From positions 1 through 59,096 of IMG/VR virus record IMGVR_UViG_3300032024_000077: a stretch of 59,096 nucleotides of DNA, one strand, 5' to 3'. Origin of the DNA: a virus. Lineage: Duplodnaviria; Caudoviricetes. Below the pieces are notes generated by a model that was not told the DNA's origin, did no database searches, and was given only the letters and a program-made list of their open reading frames with translations. The position numbers were made by a program, and so were the translations under genes. Each line of letters opens with the position of its first letter. Position 1 is the stretch's first letter. This document shows positions 8,862-18,715 of this stretch, in pieces.

Positions 8862-10477
8862 AGCCCCATCACCGCCTTTACGATGTCGTCCAACAGCTCT
8901 TGTTCGCTCTTGCTTCCGCGCAGCGTTGCTGCCATCTTTTCCTCGTCCGCCGCGTTCCCAACCACCGTCGAGAAAGCGTCTAGCCGTTCCAGAACCCTAG
9001 ACTGCACAACCTCGTCGATTGTTCCCAGCCCGATGAGATAGTAGAACAGAACGCTCTTGTCCTGCCCGATGCGATGAATGCGCGCCTCGGCTTGGAGTAG
9101 CGTTGACGGCACCCAATCGAGGCCCACGAAGATGACCGTGTCGTACTCCGTTAGGTTGATGCCGGTCGTCACGCTGTAGATGGTGGCTACGCCGCACGGT
9201 GCCCCAGACAGGATCGCAGCACGCTTACCGGGCACGACAGCGCCCGTCACTACCGGAGCCCCGAGCTTTTCACCCAACTTGTGAGCCGTCTCGCGCCGCA
9301 GTGTGAGAATGAGCGGGCGGCGCCCCTGAGCCAACAAATCGGTGGCTAGCTCCGCGGCGGCGGCCAGCTTGTATTCCTCCACAACCGACAGCAGCTTGCC
9401 GACGTCACGATCGAGCCCGAGCGACGACGACGCTTTGGCAACGGCTCGACGCGCCGCCGGCGGCATCTCGACCGGAAGCAGAATCCGTTGTCGATCAGGC
9501 AGCTCCAACACCTCGCTCTTGACGCGCCGGAGCATCACGCCACTCTGTAGGCGCCGTCCCAGCTCCTCAAGATTGCTCTGTCCGTCCGCAGCCCACACCG
9601 GCTTTTCCAGCCCCCTAATCTCTTCCCAGCGACCGTCACAGTAGCGCTTTTCGAAGCCAAAGCGGTGCCCGAACCGTCCGGAGTAAATGACGTCGAGCGG
9701 GTGCCACAGATCACGCGGCCGGGCCGTCATGGGCGTGCCGGTGAGCCCGATCACGTGGGTGGGGAAGTGGTGCTTGCGGCACTCGGCGACGTACTCGCGA
9801 ACTGCCTTAGAGCGCTGCGCTTTGGGACTGGCGAGGTAGTGCAGCTCGTCGAGCACGATCATCGTCGCGAGCGACAGTGGATACTTAGTGCGCAGAGCGC
9901 GGAACGTGTCGTAGCTGCCGACAATGACGCGACTCGGTGACCCGGGGCCGAACGTGACTAGGCGCCCGCCGCCCTCGTCCCGAGAGAGCTTTCGACCCAG
10001 CTCGTCAGCCTCCGTACCAGTCCACTTTTTCCACTCTTGCAGCCAGTGCTTGACGACGACGGCCGGACACAGGATGAGCGTGCTAGCTGGCGCAAGCGTC
10101 TGGATGGCGCGCGTCGTTTGAGCAGTTTTGCCCAAGCCCATGTCGTCCCCGAGCAGTGCCCCGCCGCGGCATCGCAGACTGTCAATCAGGAAGCGTACGC
10201 CTACTGCTTGATAGTCGTACAGGCCGTCGACTAGCTCGTCCGCAATGCGCGGTGCGCCGACGAAGTAGCATTCGTCAACGACGATGATCTTTGCGCGCGA
10301 TAGCGTGTTGATGACCTCCAGCACAGCTTCGCGCGGCCCCGACCACGCCTTTGATGGGCCGTCCCACGAACAACCCGGCATCGCTTTGAATTGCGCGACG
10401 ATGGCGGGGTGCCACGCCGTGTAGACGGACAAGTAGTCGCCGTTCTCAGACGGTACAACACGGGCGAGCGCGGTCAC
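8852..10477 (-). CDS. SNF2-family helicase/translocase
   Basis: DDMGLGKT, DELH, LTGTP, QAEARIHRIGQ. Confidence 0.92.
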   Translation of the reverse strand: MTALARVVPSENGDYLSVYTAWHPAIVAQFKAMPGCSWDGPSKAWSGPREAVLEVINTLSRAKIIVVDECYFVGAPRIADELVDGLYDYQAVGVRFLIDSLRCRGGALLGDDMGLGKTAQTTRAIQTLAPASTLILCPAVVVKHWLQEWKKWTGTEADELGRKLSRDEGGGRLVTFGPGSPSRVIVGSYDTFRALRTKYPLSLATMIVLDELHYLASPKAQRSKAVREYVAECRKHHFPTHVIGLTGTPMTARPRDLWHPLDVIYSGRFGHRFGFEKRYCDGRWEEIRGLEKPVWAADGQSNLEELGRRLQSGVMLRRVKSEVLELPDRQRILLPVEMPPAARRAVAKASSSLGLDRDVGKLLSVVEEYKLAAAAELATDLLAQGRRPLILTLRRETAHKLGEKLGAPVVTGAVVPGKRAAILSGAPCGVATIYSVTTGINLTEYDTVIFVGLDWVPSTLLQAEARIHRIGQDKSVLFYYLIGLGTIDEVVQSRVLERLDAFSTVVGNAADEEKMAATLRGSKSEQELLDDIVKAVMGLCL

Positions 10478-11220
10478 TTGGTACAGCCTGCTGCGCGACG
10501 CAGTTTGCGAAACGCCGCCGCCTCGATCTGCCGCACTCGTTCGCGCGTCAGCCTCATCGTGACGGCCAGCTCTCGAAACGAGCGTGAGCCGTACTTGTCG
10601 GTGTTCCGGCGCGACAGGCGGTCCGGCGTCAACCAGCGCTGTTCCAACACGAAGCGTTGATTCGGTGTCAGGTCCGCGATGGTGATCAAGTGCCGCAGCT
10701 GAATGGCTTCGTCAGCTGTCGTGATGTCCTCGTCGTCGGTGCGGTTCGGCGCTTGTAGCTGCGGCGGCACCGGCAGGGAGTTCTCGCAGTGCCCCTCGTC
10801 GTCGTACAGATCGATTGAGACGGTGTGGACGCGCTTTTTGGACGACTCGTCAGTGCCCGGTAGGCCGCGCAGTTTGGTGCCACTGACGCCGGTACGCTCT
10901 GCCCCGGCCAGCTCCCACATTTCGGCGCGAATCCAGTACACCGCATAGGTGCCGAAGCGAACGCCCTTCGTGCGATCGAACTTGTCGAACGCCTTGATCG
11001 CACCAACCAATCCGGCCTGAATCAGGTCGTCTCGTGGTGCTTTGGAATGTGTGACGCCGCTTGCCTCTGCCACGACGTAGCCGAGCGTCGACATGACAAA
11101 GCGATCACGAACCTTGGGCGACTTCGTCTTGTCCCACTGCGCCCACAGCTCAGCCTCTTCGGCTACCGTGAGCACCTTGGACTCTGGCGAGCCTTTCTCA
11201 GGCAGCATCGGCGTCACCAC
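10474..11220 (-). CDS. Sigma70-family RNA polymerase sigma factor (RpoH/group 3-like)
   Basis: Region 2 DLIQAG..KFD..KGVRFGTYAVYWIR; region 4 LTRERVRQIE. Confidence 0.9.
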   Translation of the reverse strand: MVTPMLPEKGSPESKVLTVAEEAELWAQWDKTKSPKVRDRFVMSTLGYVVAEASGVTHSKAPRDDLIQAGLVGAIKAFDKFDRTKGVRFGTYAVYWIRAEMWELAGAERTGVSGTKLRGLPGTDESSKKRVHTVSIDLYDDEGHCENSLPVPPQLQAPNRTDDEDITTADEAIQLRHLITIADLTPNQRFVLEQRWLTPDRLSRRNTDKYGSRSFRELAVTMRLTRERVRQIEAAAFRKLRRAAGCTK

Positions 11221-11476
11221 GTCGGGGCATGGGCGGGGGCCTCATTGGCAGCAGGGTCCGGTCTTTCATCCACGCCGGCAAGCGGCTCTTGCGCACCGTG
11301 CCGATTCGGCGCTTGGCGGTGCCGCCTTCGATACGCCTCGGGACCGCGTAGCGTCCTTCCAGGACCGACAGAATGTCACGACTGTGCGCCGGGATCTCGT
11401 CGCGCTCTCGCTCGATGGCAACACGCAGGCCGGACATGATATTGTTGGGGTCGACGTCGTAGTCAGTGAGGTCCAT
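11198..11476 (-). CDS. Hypothetical protein
   Basis: Coupled ORF between UvrD and sigma. Confidence 0.55.
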   Translation of the reverse strand: MDLTDYDVDPNNIMSGLRVAIERERDEIPAHSRDILSVLEGRYAVPRRIEGGTAKRRIGTVRKSRLPAWMKDRTLLPMRPPPMPRRGDADAA

Positions 11477-13716
11477 TATGATTTAGCTCCGGGTAGCCCA
11501 TGTACCAGTACGAGACTGTTTTTAGCACGAGTCACGGCGACGTAGTAGAGGTTTTTTTCCTCTTGGCTGATGATGCCCTTGCGCGGGCGTAGGTAGGTGT
11601 CGGCAAGTACCCACACTTTGTCGCGCTCCAACCCCTTCGCCTTGTGCGTCGTGGAAAGGGTGACGCAGGCACCAGCGCCGGCGGGCTCGAATAGGTGCTT
11701 CAGTTTTGCCACGAAGTGCTCGATGGTCGACGTCGTGGCGGCCAGTGCTTCGATGCACTCGAACTTGTCGCGCGCCAGCTCCGCGCCGGACTCGTCAGGC
11801 GGGTCCTTTTTCATCAACCGCTGTTCCTCTTTGGACAGCCAGGCGCGGGCATTGATGACGAGGTGCTGTGGCGTCGCTGGTCGGAGCTTGTAGACCAGCG
11901 AGACGAGCCCGGTACCGAACTCGCGCCCAAGAACGGAGACGCGACAATCGGTTTTGAGCAGCTGTAGGGCGGTTCGTAGCAACGGTGCGTTGGTGCGGCT
12001 GAGGACGAAGTCGCCGTATTCGACCTTTTCCAGCAGGTTCCCGTACGTGTCGCTCGTCACAGAGCCCTCCGGAGCGTCCGGGCGCGCCTGGATGTCGGGA
12101 ACGAAGCGCTGCGCCTCTTTGATGATGGCGCGCGCGCAGCGGAAGCTCGTCGTCAACGGCAGCTCGGTGGCTTTCAAGGCTGCGCGGAAGCCGTTGATTG
12201 CGTTCTTGTCGGCACCACGAAAGCGGTAGATGCTGTTGTGAACTAGCACGTTGGCAGCTACGTACAAGCGCAATCCGCCCTCAGTCGGCGCTACTTTGAG
12301 AGAGTACACCAGCCCATCATACACAACAGTGGACACGCGGACGGGTGCCCACTCACCACCAGTTTGCGTACCGTCAAACGTGCGCAAGGTGTTGACGCCG
12401 TTAAGTAAGTTACACGCCTCAGTTACGTAGATATATCGACCGATCCGATCCCCAGCAGCCGCTTCCCACAGCGGGTAACCGTAGTCTCGACCAAACTCGG
12501 CCAACAGTGCACCAACGTTTGGTCTTGGTAAATGCTTTACGGCGGCTAGCAGCGGTCCGGCCATCGAACCTTTCTCCAAGAACCGCGCCTGTTCCAGAAT
12601 GCCGTATCGCAAGGACAACACAGTCTCACACACCTTGGCTAATGTTGGATCTGTGAACGTCTCAAGCACCCAAAGCTTCTCGGCACCTTCTTGCCGCGCC
12701 CGCATGGCTGGGCCAAAAGCGTGTTTGTACGATGTTTTACACACGCCAATACGGAACACACCAGCGCACTCCATGAGATATAGCGCATACGTGGCGCTGG
12801 TTGGTAACCTGGTCGGCACGCGATGGTTTGGCGTCACCTGTACGGTGCTGTTTCCTACACGCAGCGTAAGCATGGGCCCAACGTACCGGCGGGCAGCGAC
12901 GGCTTCGACGGCGCGCCCCTGCGACATCAGCCCCCTAAAGCAGTCGTGATACGACACTACCTGAGAGCCCTCCGTAACCTGCTCAACCGGCGTGTATTGA
13001 CCACCTGTCATAGCGATTAGCGTGCCGGGTGGGTGGCATTGTTTTTCATCGCCGATCGCGCAGATTCGCCCGCCCGGCTTCAGCGCCATCTGGACCAAGC
13101 GCACCTGACTCGCGTTCAAGTCCTGTACTTCGTCCACGAAGACGCGGTCGAACTTGGGAACCTCGATGTCGGGGTGCCGAACCGGCAGCCAGATCATGTC
13201 GTTGTAGTCGACCGTGCCATCGAGATCGGCGGTGCGGCGCATCGTCTCGACGACGAGCCCGGCGAACCGCTCCGGCCAGTCCCCCATCTCGATGCCAAAC
13301 TCGTCGCAAGCATCCACGACTTCGTCTACCGTCTCGATCAAGAGCCCCTTAGCCAGCCCCACTGCTTTCAGCACCGCGAACCGCTCACTGCGGTTATTCG
13401 TGAGGCGGTTGATGACCTTGAGGGCTCGATCCTGGTCGACTTCGACCATTCCACAGGAGGACGTGATGGCCGACAGCCCGAAGCTGTGGCACGTGCCGAT
13501 CGTGACGTTCGGCAGGCTGATGCGGCGCCGTAGCTCGTCGGCGACGCTCTTGTTGAAGGCGACGAACAGGCAACGAAGATCGCTCGGCACGTAGGCTAGG
13601 GAGCGCTCGATGGTGGTAGTTTTGCCAGTCCCAGCCCGGGCTACGACAAGCGTGTGCCCCGCCCCGGTCGCGATATTGTCGTAGATCGCCAGCTGCTGCT
13701 CGGTGTCTGTCGTCAT
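11476..13716 (-). CDS. UvrD-like SF1 helicase containing an intein
   Basis: ARAGTGKT, DEVQD, GDEKQ|SIYRFRGA, HKAKGLE, YVAVTRAK. Confidence 0.92.
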   Translation of the reverse strand: MTTDTEQQLAIYDNIATGAGHTLVVARAGTGKTTTIERSLAYVPSDLRCLFVAFNKSVADELRRRISLPNVTIGTCHSFGLSAITSSCGMVEVDQDRALKVINRLTNNRSERFAVLKAVGLAKGLLIETVDEVVDACDEFGIEMGDWPERFAGLVVETMRRTADLDGTVDYNDMIWLPVRHPDIEVPKFDRVFVDEVQDLNASQVRLVQMALKPGGRICAIGDEKQCHPPGTLIAMTGGQYTPVEQVTEGSQVVSYHDCFRGLMSQGRAVEAVAARRYVGPMLTLRVGNSTVQVTPNHRVPTRLPTSATYALYLMECAGVFRIGVCKTSYKHAFGPAMRARQEGAEKLWVLETFTDPTLAKVCETVLSLRYGILEQARFLEKGSMAGPLLAAVKHLPRPNVGALLAEFGRDYGYPLWEAAAGDRIGRYIYVTEACNLLNGVNTLRTFDGTQTGGEWAPVRVSTVVYDGLVYSLKVAPTEGGLRLYVAANVLVHNSIYRFRGADKNAINGFRAALKATELPLTTSFRCARAIIKEAQRFVPDIQARPDAPEGSVTSDTYGNLLEKVEYGDFVLSRTNAPLLRTALQLLKTDCRVSVLGREFGTGLVSLVYKLRPATPQHLVINARAWLSKEEQRLMKKDPPDESGAELARDKFECIEALAATTSTIEHFVAKLKHLFEPAGAGACVTLSTTHKAKGLERDKVWVLADTYLRPRKGIISQEEKNLYYVAVTRAKNSLVLVHGLPGAKS
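12235..13038 (-). mobile_element. Intein (268 aa) in UvrD motif III
   Basis: Starts CHPPGT, block B TPNH, ends YVAANVLVHN followed by Ser. Confidence 0.92.
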
Positions 13717-13854
13717 CTGGAACTAGGACCCGCAGCGTCAAGGTTCCCTTGGCTCTTTTCTGCTGCGTAGCCAGTTACGCACTGCTGCGAAGCCGCCTAC
13801 GCAACCGCCCCACTGTGGCACAATTGTTGGTCGGCAGGCTGGCCGATCGCTAAA

Positions 13855-14283
13855 GTGGCTTATATGAGGCGTAGTTTTGCTGCTGTCGGGTTGGCTGTGA
13901 TGATGGCGCTGACCCCGCCTGTGTCAGGTTGTGCGGCGCTGTTGACCGACGCGCAAGCGCAGGTCGCGGCAGACGCCCTCACCTATTCAGCCGTCGCGCT
14001 GCGTATGCTGAATGCTGTTGCCGAGAAGCACATCGACAGCCTCGACTTGCCGACGCCGGAGCAGCTTGAACAGGCTGCGTCGATCGTACGTGACCTACAG
14101 TCAGCTCGACATGAGCTGGAACTGGCGGAGCACGACATGCGCAACGACGAGGTCGAGTATGCCAGAGCGCACGCGCGTGACGCCGTCGTTTACATGCAGG
14201 GCGCGACCGACACCTTGAAGCAGCTCGGCGCCGACGTGTCGGCAGTCCAGACGGCGCTGAACTTCGCGAGCCGCTTCCTGTGA
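13855..14283 (+). CDS. Putative lipoprotein
   Basis: Signal peptide with lipobox VSGC, helical body. Confidence 0.6.
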   Translation: MAYMRRSFAAVGLAVMMALTPPVSGCAALLTDAQAQVAADALTYSAVALRMLNAVAEKHIDSLDLPTPEQLEQAASIVRDLQSARHELELAEHDMRNDEVEYARAHARDAVVYMQGATDTLKQLGADVSAVQTALNFASRFL

Positions 14284-14495
14284 AAACGGTTGCGGCCCAC
14301 GACGACGAGAAGCTGCTGCTGGCTTCCGTTGAGGGGCTGGCCGCCTTCCGCGTTGTGCTGCCGCTGATCCGCGCTCTCGCCATGTTCATCGCGGGTCGGG
14401 GCCAACCGCCGCGCGTCGAAGAGACGCTCCCGGACCTGACCGCCGACGCCGCGCTTGAGCGCGCCAGGTATCGACAGGGGCATCATGGCGACTAA
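14280..14495 (+). CDS. Hypothetical protein
   Basis: GTGA-coupled ORF. Confidence 0.5.
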   Translation: MKTVAAHDDEKLLLASVEGLAAFRVVLPLIRALAMFIAGRGQPPRVEETLPDLTADAALERARYRQGHHGD

Positions 14496-14772
14496 CGGCA
14501 AGAACGGCCAAGACGATCACCCGTTATCGGCGTTGGGGGCGCCGCACTGGTTCGTCGCCAGCGAGCGTGCGAACGAAGCGCGCCACGCCGGCATCTGTCA
14601 GCGCGTAGAAGCGCTGGAGTCCGCTGTAGGCGTTGGCGCGACGGCGCGCGGTGCTAGGGCGGGCCGTAAATGGGGAGCTATTCTCGGCGCGCTGGTCGCT
14701 ACCTTCGCTTCAACTGCGCTTAGTCATTGCAGCAATCCAACAGACCCACCATCAGGAACTCATAGCCAATGA
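14485..14772 (+). CDS. Hypothetical membrane protein
   Basis: Coiled segment followed by a hydrophobic helix. Confidence 0.55.
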   Translation: MATNGKNGQDDHPLSALGAPHWFVASERANEARHAGICQRVEALESAVGVGATARGARAGRKWGAILGALVATFASTALSHCSNPTDPPSGTHSQ

Positions 14773-15515
14773 CCTACCTGCGCACCCTACTCGCGTCGCT
14801 CATCCTACTCGTCGGCGCCTGTACAGCGTGCGCCTCGGGTCAACTAGCGGCGCTTCAGCCTACGTCGTCGGACGTGATCAGCCGCGCGCTCGAAAGCTCA
14901 ATCACACTGTATGATCGCGACGGCGACATGGTGTGCGCCGGGACGCGCGTCGGCCCCACGTACGTGCTGACGGCACACCACTGCGCCGTAGCCGCCGTGC
15001 TGTCTATGGATGAGCTGCTCGCCATGGACCTGCTCGGTCTGGAATCGGACGACGTGCCGGATACACGGCTGCTTGGCAAGCAGGTCAAGTTCTCGACGTA
15101 CCGCGAAGCGCTCGCAGAGAGAAAGAGCAGCAAGCGCGACAAGCACATCGGCGTCGTCGTGGCGCTCGACGTCGAGCACGACTTGGCGCTATTCCGCACC
15201 GCTGACATTGGGCAGGGCTACGTGTCGGTCCGGGACAGCTCGCTACAGGTCGGCGAGGACGTCTTCGCCATCGGCCATCCCGCTGGCATGGAATACACCT
15301 TCAGTCGCGGCTGGGTATCGACCCCCTGTCGCCTCGATAGCCGACTGGGCGAGGGCTGCTGGACGCAGGTGGACATCACCATTTGGGGTGGCTCGTCGGG
15401 CGGCGGCCTGTACGACATGGCCGGAAACCTCGTCGGCGTCGCCAGCATGATGGCCAAGCCCGGACAGGCTTTTTTCGTTCCTCCACAGTTTGTCACCAAG
15501 CTTCTGACCTTCTGA
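14769..15515 (+). CDS. Exported trypsin-like serine protease (probable lipoprotein)
   Basis: LTAHHC, DLAL, GGSSGGGL catalytic triad; signal ending LVGAC. Confidence 0.88.
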   Translation: MTYLRTLLASLILLVGACTACASGQLAALQPTSSDVISRALESSITLYDRDGDMVCAGTRVGPTYVLTAHHCAVAAVLSMDELLAMDLLGLESDDVPDTRLLGKQVKFSTYREALAERKSSKRDKHIGVVVALDVEHDLALFRTADIGQGYVSVRDSSLQVGEDVFAIGHPAGMEYTFSRGWVSTPCRLDSRLGEGCWTQVDITIWGGSSGGGLYDMAGNLVGVASMMAKPGQAFFVPPQFVTKLLTF

Positions 15516-15533
15516 CGGGTCGAAGGGTACAGC

Positions 15534-16769
15534 ATGAATCAAAACGATCCGCGGGCGCAGGTGCGTGTTTGGGACGACAAGCTCATCGAGGTGGCGAAAG
15601 CTACATTGGCTAGCTGTAGCAGCGTGGGTGAGGCGGCGCAGTCGCTCAATACCACCCCGGACGCCTTGCGAAAGGCGTTTCAGTCGCGGGGCCACGCATC
15701 CCCGCGCATGTACCTGAACACTGTCAGTGCCGCAAACGCCCGCGCCGAAGCTCGCGCTGGGTGGTCGCCTGAGCACGACATGACGCACGAAGTACCGGCG
15801 CCCTTCCACGTGAAGGGTGTTTCGACGTACTACAGCGCGGACGGTGAGGTCAAGGGCCAGTGGGTCAAGTCGCAAATTGACGCCGACAGTCGCGGGGCGG
15901 CTTTGTTGGATGCAATCAAAACTATCGCTGAGCCGTTCAAGGGCGCCGCCGACCCAGTTACTGAGCCGACAGTCTGTATGGCTGACCTGCTCACCGTCTA
16001 TCCAATGGGCGACCCGCACCTTGGCTTACACGCTTGGGCAAAAGAGACAGGCGAGGATTTCGATCTCGAAATCGCTGAGCGCAACCTGGTTGCAGCAGCC
16101 GACAAGCTGGTGGCTTTGGCGCCGCCCTCCGATCAGGCGCTAGTGCTGAATCTCGGAGACTTCTTCCACGCCGACAATTCCGAGAGTCGTACAATGCGCA
16201 GTGGCGCGGCGCTCGACACCGACACGCGCTGGGCCAAAGTGCTTAGCGTCGGCATTCGTACAATGCGGCGTATCATTGATCGCGCGTTGGAAAAGCATCG
16301 CACTGTCTACGTTATCAACGAAATCGGCAATCACGACGATCACACCGCAATCATGCTGTCGCTGTGCCTTGCGCAGTTCTACGAGCGCGAGCCGCGTGTG
16401 CTGATCGACACAAGCCCGGCCCCGTTTCACTGGTTCCGGTTCGGCGAGTGCCTGCTTGGCATCACGCACGGACACGCGGTAAAGCCAGAGCGTTTACCAG
16501 GCATAATGGCAAGTGATCGAGCTGCGGACTGGGGCGAAACGAAGCACCGCTATTTCTACACGGGGCATGTCCACCACGATAGCCTCAAGGAATACCCGGG
16601 CTGTACAGTAGAGACATTCAGGACGCTCGCGGCGCGGGACGCCTGGCACACAGCGCAAGGTTACCGCAGCGGGCGCGACATGAAGGCGGACGTGCTGCAC
16701 CGCAAGCACGGCAGGATCTTGCGGCACGTGGTCGGGATCGAAATGGTGACTGGCGGGCGCGATGTTTGA
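15534..16769 (+). CDS. Calcineurin-like metallophosphoesterase with N-terminal HTH-like segment
   Basis: GDPHLG, LGDFFH, GNHD, HGH, GHVHH. Confidence 0.88.
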   Translation: MNQNDPRAQVRVWDDKLIEVAKATLASCSSVGEAAQSLNTTPDALRKAFQSRGHASPRMYLNTVSAANARAEARAGWSPEHDMTHEVPAPFHVKGVSTYYSADGEVKGQWVKSQIDADSRGAALLDAIKTIAEPFKGAADPVTEPTVCMADLLTVYPMGDPHLGLHAWAKETGEDFDLEIAERNLVAAADKLVALAPPSDQALVLNLGDFFHADNSESRTMRSGAALDTDTRWAKVLSVGIRTMRRIIDRALEKHRTVYVINEIGNHDDHTAIMLSLCLAQFYEREPRVLIDTSPAPFHWFRFGECLLGITHGHAVKPERLPGIMASDRAADWGETKHRYFYTGHVHHDSLKEYPGCTVETFRTLAARDAWHTAQGYRSGRDMKADVLHRKHGRILRHVVGIEMVTGGRDV

Positions 16770-17010
16770 GCTAGAGCTTGAGCCGTTTGGGGCCATGGCC
16801 GAACTGGAGTACGGTAGCCCGGTCTACATTTGCAACCAAGATGAGCTGTATCGCGTCGTCGCGCTGGATCGGGAGGCTGAGACGGTGCTGTGCGTGCCTG
16901 ACGTAAGGCTGTGGGGCTACTTACGTCATCACAGCGGGCCGTTGCAGTTCGTCCCGAGGCACAAGCTGCGGCGTCGCGTAAAAGATCCAATGGGAGGCTA
17001 CGATGGTTGA
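16762..17010 (+). CDS. Hypothetical protein
   Basis: Coupled ORF. Confidence 0.5.
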   Translation: MFELELEPFGAMAELEYGSPVYICNQDELYRVVALDREAETVLCVPDVRLWGYLRHHSGPLQFVPRHKLRRRVKDPMGGYDG

Positions 17011-17572
17011 AATCCTTCAAAAGCTCATCGAGCTGTTCCAGCTGTGGGCCAATAAGCTGCGGCCGTGGATCATCCTAGGCGACGACCAGGTGGGGCTCGT
17101 GCGCCGCCTCGGGGTATTCCACCGATACCTACGACACGGACTCAACTGGAAGATCCCGCTCATCGAAGAGGCGTTCGCGGAGACGAGCGCGCTCGATAGC
17201 ACGGTACTGCGCGAGCAGTCGCTCACGACCGTAGACGGTGTCCAGATCACTGTGAAGGGCGTCATCACCTACCGAGTCGTGGATGCGCGCAAGTACATCC
17301 TCGACTGCGCCACCGCGATCTCGGTGATGAACGACGTGGGCTGCTGCGTCCTAGCCGACGTCATCCCGGAGAAGACCGGCGACGAGGTGCTACGTGGCGC
17401 CGACTTTCAGCGGGAACTGCTGCGCCGGGTGAAACTGCGCGCCAAGCGCTGGGGCGTCGAGGTCGACAGCGTCGGGCTCATCGACCGCACACAAGCGACG
17501 GCGATCCGAATCATCGGCGGCGGCGATCGGTCGCTGGCGACCTGGCAGCTGACTGGACAGGAAGTCGGCTGA
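17003..17572 (+). CDS. SPFH/Band 7 domain protein
   Basis: GLVRRLG..GLNWKIP, LTTVDG, ITYRVVD, WGVEV. Confidence 0.85.
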   Translation: MVEILQKLIELFQLWANKLRPWIILGDDQVGLVRRLGVFHRYLRHGLNWKIPLIEEAFAETSALDSTVLREQSLTTVDGVQITVKGVITYRVVDARKYILDCATAISVMNDVGCCVLADVIPEKTGDEVLRGADFQRELLRRVKLRAKRWGVEVDSVGLIDRTQATAIRIIGGGDRSLATWQLTGQEVG

Positions 17573-17575
17573 CGA

Positions 17576-17788
17576 TCACTTATCGGTGGGCGGCTTCGGA
17601 GCAGCCTTCGGCATGAACGCCATCACGGCGCGCACCAAGCCCGCGAAGTCGACGGCCGACAGCTTCATTATCACCTGCCCCGCCTTGGTAGGCGCGACGG
17701 CCGGCATGTTGGCTACGACGGTCAGGATGACGGACACGGCGCCGAGGATTGCCAGGACGCTGTCGAGGGTAGGGTTGCCGGTGCTCAT
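17576..17788 (-). CDS. Putative holin
   Basis: Small hydrophobic protein coupled to the endolysin. Confidence 0.5.
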   Translation of the reverse strand: MSTGNPTLDSVLAILGAVSVILTVVANMPAVAPTKAGQVIMKLSAVDFAGLVRAVMAFMPKAAPKPPTDK

Positions 17789-18618
17789 GGTCGTTTCTCC
17801 ACTAGGTTCCAGATGAACTCGTTCACCAATGTACCGTCCAGCCGGGCCGAGATCAAGGCTTTGGTGGCCGCTAGCGTCTCGCCCCCAAAGTCCCCATCGG
17901 CCCCGTACTTGGGCAGGCTGGTGCCGGGCACGCCAGAAGCCATCAGGCGGCGCTGGTACGCCCTCACAGGCCCGTTTTGGGAGCCGGCTGGGTCAGTATC
18001 ACCGAGACGGCACGGAGCGAACGTGGTGGGCGGTAGGGGCGCCGGCGGGGCCGTAGCCACGAAGCCGTCGAGCAGCTCGGGGCGCCACCAGCCGATAGGC
18101 ACTCGGTTCAGGATGTCCTTGGCGAAGAAGTCCTTGGGGGCGGCTGACAGCTTGCACTCGGTGCCGTCTCCACCACCGCCCTCGGCCGTCATCCACAACC
18201 CCGGGGCCGTCTCGAACAGGAGCACGCCAACGTGCCCCAGCGTCCCGAAGTTTCGGCTGTAGTCTCGGTAGAAGATTGCGCCGGGCGGTGGGTGCCGCTT
18301 TTTGCCGGCGGAGTCCGTTGCCCACTCCCAAGCCGGATGACTCGTCGTGAGCCCCTCCAGCCAGCCGTTCATGATCCCCTGGCCGACCCTGCCCACGCGA
18401 GTCGCCAGGCGCCCGGCGGCGTGTAGGATGCCGCGAACGAAGACGGCGCAGGAAGTCTTGATGGTGCCGATGTCGCCTGCGTCGAAGGGTGGAGCGAGCG
18501 AGGGCTCGAAGCCGCAGGCGACGAGAGAGCGGTAGTCCGCCGGGCGTTGCTTGTTTCCAAGCGGCCCGGCGTCCAGCGCGACGTGGCACGCGGCAATGAT
18601 CAGTTCGGCGTTGGTCAT
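17785..18618 (-). CDS. Endolysin (CHAP/NlpC-like catalytic domain plus peptidoglycan-binding domain)
   Basis: SCAVFV, GHVG, AEG; C-terminal YQRRL...ADGDFGGETLAA. Confidence 0.7.
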   Translation of the reverse strand: MTNAELIIAACHVALDAGPLGNKQRPADYRSLVACGFEPSLAPPFDAGDIGTIKTSCAVFVRGILHAAGRLATRVGRVGQGIMNGWLEGLTTSHPAWEWATDSAGKKRHPPPGAIFYRDYSRNFGTLGHVGVLLFETAPGLWMTAEGGGGDGTECKLSAAPKDFFAKDILNRVPIGWWRPELLDGFVATAPPAPLPPTTFAPCRLGDTDPAGSQNGPVRAYQRRLMASGVPGTSLPKYGADGDFGGETLAATKALISARLDGTLVNEFIWNLVEKRP

Positions 18619-18715
18619 GTCCTTCTGTTGCGGCGGTTACTGGAACTCCGCCCACTATCCGCCAGCGACGGCGGCGGCCGAGCGAATCCGATTCCTATCC
18701 CAAGACCGACTCGCA

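Noticed and set aside
13717-13747. GGAAC(C/T)-like boxes on both strands upstream of the UvrD gene
   Set aside because: The spacer to the GTC box is only 11 nt rather than 15-16, so it is not counted in the ECF set
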